This document shows, piece by piece, positions 56,371-64,000 of a DNA stretch of 64,000 bases; position 1 is the stretch's first letter; each line of letters starts with the position of its first letter. The stretch covers positions 704,001-768,000 of the forward strand of contig CAWGMQ010000010.1 of NCBI GenBank assembly GCA_963823665.1, in the 5' to 3' direction. The notes under the pieces are model-generated. The model searched no databases and had not been told where the DNA came from. It saw nothing but the letters and a program-made list of their open reading frames with translations. The DNA comes from an uncultured Planctomycetota bacterium. GTDB lineage: Bacteria; Planctomycetota; Planctomycetia; Isosphaerales; Isosphaeraceae. The translations under genes and the position numbers were made by a program.

Positions 56371-59300
56371 ATGTCTGCGTCACGCCGTAGGGTGGAGGGT
56401 GCTCGTAGTCGACTTCGGAAATCGTCCGGCATGGGGCGAGCCGGTCGAGTGCGATCGCCGTGGGTGGAAACGCTTGAAGATCGGCGGTTGCTCGCGGGGC
56501 TGCAATTCACCGGGGCGCTGGGCGAGCAATCGACACTCGACTCGGTGGTCCAGACCGAGAATGAGGTGGCGAATCTGAACACGCCGGCGTCACAGCAATT
56601 CACGCACAATGATGGCACGGCGTACTCCAACGTAACGTTGACGACTGCGGCCTCCACGACAGGCAATCCTGGCGTAAACCTCGACATCCAGTCGCAGGGA
56701 GGCGTTCGGAAGAACGGCATCGCGAGCGTATCGGTGAACTCGGGTCTGACAGACGCGAGCGGCGCGATCGGGCCGACCATCAATGTTCCGGTCACGATCG
56801 TGGCGACTGATCCCGACGAAGAAACGGGCGACCCGGTTACCGTGCAGTTCGCCTTTGTCTTCAACGTCAAGACATTAGCCTCAAATAACGCTACGGCGAG
56901 TTTCACATACGCCGCGAGCTATACTTACAACGGGACGACCACGCCTCTCGCCTCACAGGTTGACAATCTGGGCGGCAGCGGAATCACGCCGATCGGGTCG
57001 GGACCGACGGATGACGAGACGGGAACCCTTGATGCCAAGATCGGCGATTCCTTCACGCTTTCGTTTTCGGAGAGCCTCGGCGGGCAGACCATAGCGCCGT
57101 TTCTCGGCGCGGGCGTTAATAATGTGGGATGGCTCGTTGATATGAACCTGGATGTGAGCCTCGTGCCCGAGCCGACGATCGTTCCAACATCCGTTTCATG
57201 GGATCACTCGTCCACCGCCGGTATTGACTTCGACTACGGTGTCAGCGGCGAACCGACGACCTCGCCCACTCCGTTCGCGCTTTACTGGGCAAGTGGCGAG
57301 AATTACCCGAGCGATGTGGTAGGATCGCCCATAAACCTCGTCCCAACTGTGAATACGATCCCGGCTGGACAAGTCGCCCAGGCCGCGCCTTACGGACCGA
57401 TCCACGTGGTTGGGTCGGTGTTGACCGGCGCGCCCGCGGACGCCAATTACCTGCTCGTCGTGATTGATCCGGACAACACGCTCGGGACGTTCGACCCGAC
57501 AGCCAACACAAAGGCCCTCGAGATCGATCAGGATGTTCCACTTGTGCTTCAGTACCAGGGCGCCTGGGCCAATCCCGATCAGCCAACATACATGGACGAT
57601 ACCGGTCATACGGTCCGGGGTTCGGGCTGCGGCTTGACGTCGCTTGTGATGGCCCTCGACTTCGCGGGCGTACAAACGGATCCGGGCACGCTCAACAGTG
57701 AATTGACCGGCACCAACGGCTACGTCGGCGACGCTCAGTTGAACTGGGGGCCGGCGACTTCGATCGCGGCTTCAGCGGCCGGGTCTTCCGGCGCGGCCAT
57801 CCACTGGAACACTGCATGGGGCATGACGAGCGATCAAGATTTACGCAATCTACTCACGACGACATCCGAACCGATCATCGTACATGTTTACAACCCACAT
57901 GCGCCGGACGCCACGCACCCGAACACATGGTACACGAATCACTTTGTCCTGGTCACGGGAATTGATGGTGACACGTTCTGGATCAACGATCCGGCGGGCA
58001 ACTCAGAAACCCTCGATTACTACGGCGATGACTTCGAGACCCGCGGCTATGTGTCGGATCCGACCAGCGACTTGAGCGCGCTTTATGTCGCAGCCGCGTC
58101 CACGGGCACGGGAGTGAATCTGGCCGTCGGCGACGCGCAGGGCCTGGTTACGGGAATTCCGTCCGGAGGGACGCAGCCTCTCAACCAGATTCCGAATGCG
58201 GTTTACTTCACCGAAGGGCCGCTGGAAGATCTCACGGGGGAAGACCCTGGCACAACCGGGGCGCAGTTCGTGTATATCTCGCAACCTGGGACGGGGACGT
58301 TCGAGATCCAGGGAAGCGGGACAACAGGACAGTCGCAGGTAGAATTTGCTGGCGTCGCGACCAACGGCGCGATCCAGTCGCAGCAGTCTTTATCCCTTCA
58401 AAGTGCCGATGGCAACCCATTTCAGCTTGCTGTGGACGTCGGCCCAACCTATAGCGTCGCGGCCAGTAACGCCCCGCTTGCCGCGAGCTTCTCCACCGTC
58501 TCCGCCAGCGGAACTCGTGCCGGCACGGCGAGCCTGTCGGCAATCCTGACGTCGGACGGCTTGCCGGTGGCGGGCCGCACCGTGGATTTCACGCTTGACG
58601 AGGGGGGGGTTATCACGCTAATCGGCTCAGCCGTGACCGATATGGGCGGCGCTGCGACAATGACAGGCGGGAGCCTGGCCGGCTTCAATGTCGGCATTTT
58701 CGCGGATGACGTCGAGGCCAGCTTCGCCGGCGACGCGACGTACGAGAGCGCCAGCGCCTCAGGTGCGCTCACCGTCTTGCCCCAGGCCGTTGATCAACTC
58801 GCGCTCTGCTCCTCGGCGAATCCCAGCCTTCCCGGCGAGCTGATGACCTTTGGCGTGCTGGCCATCCCGTTAAGCGGTGGTCTGACGCCGACCGGTACAA
58901 TCCAGTTCCAGATCGACGGCAACGACTTCGGGTCGCCTGTTCCACTATCAGGGGGCGCCGCCACCAGCGGGCTCGTCACGTCGCTTTCGGTCGGCTCGCA
59001 TTCGATCGCAGCCATTTACTCCGGCGACTCCACCTACCCCAGCAGCACGGCGACGCTCACGCAAACAGTTGAGAGCCCGGCCGCGGTAACGGGCCGCGTC
59101 TACACGGTCACTTCGCTGGGCGACACGGGGACCGGCTCAGGAACATCGGGCGACCTTCGCTTCGCGATCACCCAGGCCAACGCCAACCCCGGCAGCGTGA
59201 TCGATTTCAGTGTCATGGGGACGATTCAACTGGCGCAGGCCCTACCGGACGTCGACGCCAACATGACCATCAACGGCCCCGGGGCGTCTCTGGTTACGCT

Positions 59301-62300
59301 AAAGGGCGGCGGCGCCTCATCGAACTTCAGCGGCCTGCTCGTGGATCGCGGGGTGACGGCCACGCTCTCCGGCCTGACCATCACAGGCGCAAACGCGACC
59401 TACGGTGGCGGCATTGATGACGCTGGCACGTTGACTCTCTCCGACGCCACCGTGTCCGGCAACTCCGCGACGTCCGAAGGCGCAGGAATCAACATGGCTG
59501 GATACGAGGAAACGTTGACGCTGTCCGACTGCACCATCTCTGACAACACGATCGCCACGAACGGTGCCGGCGGCGGAGTCAAGGGGTCCGGCGCTGGGGT
59601 GACGGTGACGGACAGCGTCATTTCTGGAAACTCTTGCGGCGAGGGCGGAGGCTTTATCACGAGCCAGGGCACCTCGCTGACGATATCCTACAGCCTGATT
59701 TCCCAGAACACGGCCGAGGAAGGAGTCGGCGGCGGCATCGCGGGTTCGCCGACGCTCTTGGACTGCTCGTTGACCGGCAACACAGCCGTGCAAGGCGGAG
59801 CCATCGATGGTGGCACGGCGAGCTTGACGAACTGCACCTTGTCGGGAAACAGCACCATCTTTCCGGGGAACAGCAGGGCGGGAGGCCCTGGTGGCGCCCT
59901 CCACATGAGCGGCGGAACGCTGACCGACTGCACCTTCCTCGATAACTCAGTAGGAACCAACGAGAATGGCGGGGCCATCAACGGCGGCGCATGGACGATC
60001 GACGGTTGTGCCTTCATGGGCAACACGTCGGAATCCGGCGGCGGCGCCATATGGACGGAGAGCCCGATGTCCCTCACCGACTGTGCAATCACGGGGAACT
60101 CGGCCGTCAACGGCGGCGGCATTTTCAGCGGTGCCGGCCAGAGCTTTAACGGATACAAGGGCTACGTGACCCCGGGCGCTTTTTCGCTCACCGACTGCAT
60201 CATCGCCGGAAACTCGGCCACGGCCTCCGGAGGCGGCATCTTCAACATCGGCGGGATGACGCTGACCAATTGCACCGTCTCCGGCAATTCGGCCGCCAAC
60301 GGCGGCGGCATCGCCGATATTTCCTTATACCATCCACCCCCTGTGCCTTATCCGTTTCCCGTTGAATCGGCGCTCGTCGATTGCACTGTCTCTGGGAACT
60401 CGGCCACGTCCGACGGTGGCGGCATCCTGAACCAGGGGACGTTGACACTCACCGACAGCACCGTCTCCGGTAACTCGGCCGCTCTAGGCGGCGGCATCTT
60501 CAACGCGATTTACCCCGTCGCCCCTGACCAGACAACAACCATCACCGGAACTTCCGTCACGGCAAACACAGCCACGAAGTACGGCGGTGGCATCATGAAC
60601 GAGGGGACGCTCGCAGTGACGAGCTGCACCATTTCCGGCAACACGGCGACTCAAGACGGCGGTGGGCTGGCCAACCTGTCCCTGTTTTTCTTCTACCCCG
60701 GCGGCGGCGCGCCATCGAGCGCGCCCGCTGCGGCAGCCGTTGCCGACAGCACCCTCTATGGCAACACCAGCCTTTCCGGAGGCGCCGTCGTCAATGAGGA
60801 CGCCAAGCTGACCCTGACGAACGCCACCATCACTGGCAACCGCACTACCGACAGTGGGCCTTACGGCGCCGCTCTCGAAACAATCAAGTACCCCGGTGAT
60901 ATCCTGATTACCAACACCCTGATCGCCGGAAACACCAAGGGCGCCAGCCCAAGCACGACGCCCGGCGACGTGGCAGGCACACTCGATGCGAAGAGCTCCA
61001 ACAACCTGATCGGCGACGGCGATCTCTTGAGCGGCATCAGCAATCAATCCCAGGGCAACCAGATCGGCTCCGCGAGCGCCGGCACGGTCATCGACCCCAC
61101 GCTGGGAGCGCTCGGCAACAACGGCGGCCCGACGGAGACCGTCCCTCTGCTTGCCGGCAGCACCGCGATCAACGCCGGGAACAATTTGCTTGCCATCGAT
61201 CCCACGACGCAACAAACACTTACCTGGGACCAGCGTGGTCCAGGCTACGCGCGGATCGTCGGAGGCACCGTCGACATCGGGGCATTCGAATACGGGGCAG
61301 TTCTGATAACCCCGAAGCAGTTGGTCGCGACTCCCACGGCCCCCGCTTCGGTCATAGCCGGTGCGACGTTCAGCTTGACCGTCACAGCCGAAGACTCAAG
61401 CGGCAACACGGCCCTCGCGTTTGATGCCCCCGTCACCGTAGCGATCACCAACGGGCCCACCGGCGCGACGCTGGGTGGCAATCCCACCGCGACCGCCTCG
61501 CTGGGCGTGGCGAAGCTCACCGGCTTGAGCTTCAGTCAGCTCGGCTCGTACACACTCTCCGTCTCCGGCGGTGGACTATCCGGCTCGATCGGTCCGATCC
61601 AGGTCACGGCCGGTTCGGCCGTCCAGCTTGTGCTCACAACCGACCCACCGAGTCAGGTGTTTGCCAATGAGAGCTTTCAAGTCGTCGTCGCGGCCGAAGA
61701 TTCCTTGGGGTTCGTCAACACGTCCTACACAGGCACCGCGACGGTGGCCTTGATCAGCAACCCCGGGCCTGCCGCACTTGGCGGCATGCTGAGCGCTCCG
61801 TTTAACGCCGGTGTCGCCACGTTCAATCCGCTGACGTTGAACTTCGCGGATGACGGCTATATCTTGCAGATCACGAGCGGCACTCTCGTCCCGGCGACGA
61901 GCGGCGACGTCGACGTCACGGCCCAGCCGGTTTTGCCACTGGTTCCAGACGCACCCGTGCTGGCGCCGCAGAGCGACACCGGCGTGGGTAGCTCCGATGG
62001 ACTGACGCGAGATAATGGCTCGAGCGCGGCGCCGCTCTATTTCACCGTCTCCGGCGTCAACCCCGCCAACAGCTTCGTCCAGATTTACAACGATAGCAAT
62101 CCCGGCGACCCGGTCCCGCTCGGCAGTCGCGTCGCGGCCGTGGGCAGCGCCGCCACGATCACCCTGAGCGGTGCAGCTCTGCCGGATGGCACCTATCAGA
62201 TTGCCGACGCCGCGTCATTAACTTCCGGAGGGGCGCTGAGCGCCCTGTCGGGTACGACCGCGATAACGATCCAGTCGAGCCTGACCATCACCGCCACCAA

Positions 62301-63264
62301 CCCGGCCGACGGTGCGTCCGTAACGGCTCTTCCCGACGGCCAGGTGTCCGTGACCTTCAGCCACGCGCTGGCCGGCCTGACGGACGGCGGACCCGCACTT
62401 TCGACCAGCGATCCGACCGCGCTCGAGCTTACCACGCAAGGCGGAAACTCGCTGACGATCACCACGCTCTACCGCGTGAATGCCGACGACACTTCCACCG
62501 TCGTGTTGACCCCGATTTCTCCTCCGCTCCCCGGCGTGCTGTCGCTCGTGGTCGACCCCACCGCATTCAGCGACCTGGCCGGGAACCCGCTCAGCGCGCC
62601 GAATGGCGACAGATTCGTATTCACGATCACCGGCCCGCAGGCCGCCCCTGTGACGATCAATCCCATCCCGAGTCAAATGGTCGCACCGGGGGGCAACCTC
62701 AGCGTTTTAGTCACGTCGACCGGCTCCGGCTCGGGCCGAACACTACTCTACAGCTTGGGTTCAGCCGCCCCCGTAGGCACACTGATCGACCCGCAGTCCG
62801 GCCTCTTCACCTGGAGCCCGAGCCTGGCTCAGGCCGGCCGCACGTATAGCTTCACGGTAACGGTGGCCGTTCAGGGCGACCCGGCCGTTTTCGACTCGAC
62901 TTTACTCTCCATCACCGTGCTGTCGCCACCGAAAGTCGTGAGCGTCAATCCGACCTCGCTTCGCAAGCGCCGCGTGAACGAAGGGACGATCTCGATCAGC
63001 CTCACGTTTAACCAGGCGATGGCCCCATCGGCTAGCACCCGAAGCTTCTATTCCTTGGGAATTCTGACGAAGGTTCATACTCGCAAGGGGACGAGCATCA
63101 AGCTCGTCCCCGTGCGATTTACAACACGTTCCACCGGTGGCAACACGGTCACCCTGACGCTCGCGAAACCGTCCAAGCAGCACCTCACATTGACCGTTCT
63201 CAGCGGTGTCCCTGCAGCAAACGGTTTGATCCTTGGCCCGGCTGAGCCGTTCGAGGTGCAATGA
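56371..63264 (+). CDS. giant secreted/surface protein: C39-like peptidase, Ig-like domains, parallel beta-helix with choice-of-anchor-Q-like end, cadherin/Ig-like domains
   Basis: VETLEDRRLLA N-terminal motif; GCGLTS...HFVLV...INDP; YSGDSTY; repeated GNSA..GGGI; LGNNGGPT...DQRG...DIGAFE; GLFTWSP. Confidence 0.88.
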   Translation: MSASRRRVEGARSRLRKSSGMGRAGRVRSPWVETLEDRRLLAGLQFTGALGEQSTLDSVVQTENEVANLNTPASQQFTHNDGTAYSNVTLTTAASTTGNPGVNLDIQSQGGVRKNGIASVSVNSGLTDASGAIGPTINVPVTIVATDPDEETGDPVTVQFAFVFNVKTLASNNATASFTYAASYTYNGTTTPLASQVDNLGGSGITPIGSGPTDDETGTLDAKIGDSFTLSFSESLGGQTIAPFLGAGVNNVGWLVDMNLDVSLVPEPTIVPTSVSWDHSSTAGIDFDYGVSGEPTTSPTPFALYWASGENYPSDVVGSPINLVPTVNTIPAGQVAQAAPYGPIHVVGSVLTGAPADANYLLVVIDPDNTLGTFDPTANTKALEIDQDVPLVLQYQGAWANPDQPTYMDDTGHTVRGSGCGLTSLVMALDFAGVQTDPGTLNSELTGTNGYVGDAQLNWGPATSIAASAAGSSGAAIHWNTAWGMTSDQDLRNLLTTTSEPIIVHVYNPHAPDATHPNTWYTNHFVLVTGIDGDTFWINDPAGNSETLDYYGDDFETRGYVSDPTSDLSALYVAAASTGTGVNLAVGDAQGLVTGIPSGGTQPLNQIPNAVYFTEGPLEDLTGEDPGTTGAQFVYISQPGTGTFEIQGSGTTGQSQVEFAGVATNGAIQSQQSLSLQSADGNPFQLAVDVGPTYSVAASNAPLAASFSTVSASGTRAGTASLSAILTSDGLPVAGRTVDFTLDEGGVITLIGSAVTDMGGAATMTGGSLAGFNVGIFADDVEASFAGDATYESASASGALTVLPQAVDQLALCSSANPSLPGELMTFGVLAIPLSGGLTPTGTIQFQIDGNDFGSPVPLSGGAATSGLVTSLSVGSHSIAAIYSGDSTYPSSTATLTQTVESPAAVTGRVYTVTSLGDTGTGSGTSGDLRFAITQANANPGSVIDFSVMGTIQLAQALPDVDANMTINGPGASLVTLKGGGASSNFSGLLVDRGVTATLSGLTITGANATYGGGIDDAGTLTLSDATVSGNSATSEGAGINMAGYEETLTLSDCTISDNTIATNGAGGGVKGSGAGVTVTDSVISGNSCGEGGGFITSQGTSLTISYSLISQNTAEEGVGGGIAGSPTLLDCSLTGNTAVQGGAIDGGTASLTNCTLSGNSTIFPGNSRAGGPGGALHMSGGTLTDCTFLDNSVGTNENGGAINGGAWTIDGCAFMGNTSESGGGAIWTESPMSLTDCAITGNSAVNGGGIFSGAGQSFNGYKGYVTPGAFSLTDCIIAGNSATASGGGIFNIGGMTLTNCTVSGNSAANGGGIADISLYHPPPVPYPFPVESALVDCTVSGNSATSDGGGILNQGTLTLTDSTVSGNSAALGGGIFNAIYPVAPDQTTTITGTSVTANTATKYGGGIMNEGTLAVTSCTISGNTATQDGGGLANLSLFFFYPGGGAPSSAPAAAAVADSTLYGNTSLSGGAVVNEDAKLTLTNATITGNRTTDSGPYGAALETIKYPGDILITNTLIAGNTKGASPSTTPGDVAGTLDAKSSNNLIGDGDLLSGISNQSQGNQIGSASAGTVIDPTLGALGNNGGPTETVPLLAGSTAINAGNNLLAIDPTTQQTLTWDQRGPGYARIVGGTVDIGAFEYGAVLITPKQLVATPTAPASVIAGATFSLTVTAEDSSGNTALAFDAPVTVAITNGPTGATLGGNPTATASLGVAKLTGLSFSQLGSYTLSVSGGGLSGSIGPIQVTAGSAVQLVLTTDPPSQVFANESFQVVVAAEDSLGFVNTSYTGTATVALISNPGPAALGGMLSAPFNAGVATFNPLTLNFADDGYILQITSGTLVPATSGDVDVTAQPVLPLVPDAPVLAPQSDTGVGSSDGLTRDNGSSAAPLYFTVSGVNPANSFVQIYNDSNPGDPVPLGSRVAAVGSAATITLSGAALPDGTYQIADAASLTSGGALSALSGTTAITIQSSLTITATNPADGASVTALPDGQVSVTFSHALAGLTDGGPALSTSDPTALELTTQGGNSLTITTLYRVNADDTSTVVLTPISPPLPGVLSLVVDPTAFSDLAGNPLSAPNGDRFVFTITGPQAAPVTINPIPSQMVAPGGNLSVLVTSTGSGSGRTLLYSLGSAAPVGTLIDPQSGLFTWSPSLAQAGRTYSFTVTVAVQGDPAVFDSTLLSITVLSPPKVVSVNPTSLRKRRVNEGTISISLTFNQAMAPSASTRSFYSLGILTKVHTRKGTSIKLVPVRFTTRSTGGNTVTLTLAKPSKQHLTLTVLSGVPAANGLILGPAEPFEVQ

Positions 63265-63280
63265 ACGGCTCTCGGTGCGA

Positions 63281-63871
63281 TCAGAATCCGGGCGCGCTCG
63301 TGAGTCGCCTAAAAATCCTGCGGCGAAGCGCCGCAAGGAAGGTCAGCGCGACACCCGAGGCCATGATCACCCACGAAGACGGCTCGGGCACGCTGCTCTG
63401 GTGGATTGTGGGTCCTGAGCCGCCGCCGGAGCCGCCGCCGCCGGGATCGTGGCCTCCCGGGCCGCCGCCGCCCGGTGGGGTGCTGTCGGACGTGTTTCCG
63501 CCGGGCGGGGTGAGCACGGTGTCGGGCACGGACGGGGGCTTTGCGAACGGATGAAGCCTGTGATAGAGGATGTCACCGTCGATCACACGCCAAAGAAAAG
63601 GGGTGTGCTTGCAGAGCAAGCGCGGGAACGTGTGTTTGGCCAGGTACGCGTCAAAGCCCTCTTCACTCGCGAGGATGCGGCCGAGCACGGGATGGTGCTC
63701 GTCAAATCGGCTGGGGTCGCTGTTGTACAAGCCCATTTCGTGCTCGTAGAGCAAGATTCGCGCGGCCTGGACCTCGGGCTTCGTGACGTGCACCGAGCCC
63801 GCGCTCGCCCGCTCGTTCGACAGAACGAACAGGGCCAGGGCCAGGAGGCCGGCCGCCGAAAATCGCCGCAT
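63281..63871 (-). CDS. PEP-CTERM sorting-signal protein
   Basis: Signal peptide, Gly/Pro linker, VPEPSSWVIMASGVALTFLAALRRR. Confidence 0.88.
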   Translation of the reverse strand: MRRFSAAGLLALALFVLSNERASAGSVHVTKPEVQAARILLYEHEMGLYNSDPSRFDEHHPVLGRILASEEGFDAYLAKHTFPRLLCKHTPFLWRVIDGDILYHRLHPFAKPPSVPDTVLTPPGGNTSDSTPPGGGGPGGHDPGGGGSGGGSGPTIHQSSVPEPSSWVIMASGVALTFLAALRRRIFRRLTSAPGF

Positions 63872-64000
63872 CGTGGTCTCGCACGTGTGGACGGGGAATG
63901 TAGCTCACGCTTCTATTTGATTGTATGCACGGCTGATGAAATGGTGACGGATGCGTGCTTGGTGAGCCACGCGTGTTGCGAAAACGCACGATTCAGGTGG

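Overview
GC-rich bacterial DNA, most likely a planctomycete of the Isosphaeraceae type. This is inferred from ECF sigma factors with long C-terminal extensions, Ser/Thr kinase-TPR proteins, a giant protein with an ETLEDRRLL N-terminus, a PEP-CTERM protein and planctomycete-style palindromic repeats. More than 20 genes are broken by single-base indels, including housekeeping genes, which suggests long-read assembly errors. Layout: (1) 1-1990, the probable end of an integrated element next to mutS; (2) 2-31 kb, mostly core and metabolic genes, with a ~1.25-kb ORF-poor, densely base-paired region upstream of an ECF sigma gene; (3) 32-49 kb, an accessory conflict/defence-like island containing a PNP nucleosidase, an NB-ARC-zinc-ribbon protein, a membrane protein, a tubulin-like protein, a P-loop ATPase, a repeat-flanked kinase and a DUF4062-NB-ARC-TPR gene; (4) 49-64 kb, trehalose genes (treS-maltokinase fusion, otsB), an oxidoreductase, a 2300-aa surface protein with a C39-like peptidase domain and a PEP-CTERM protein. 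Two candidates stand out. The first is a ~1.2-kb highly structured ncRNA candidate linked to an ECF sigma, whose G-U wobble pairs favour the strand opposite the sigma mRNA. The second is a -1 programmed frameshift signal that would make both a free PNP effector and a PNP-NB-ARC fusion, in an operon with a tubulin-like protein.
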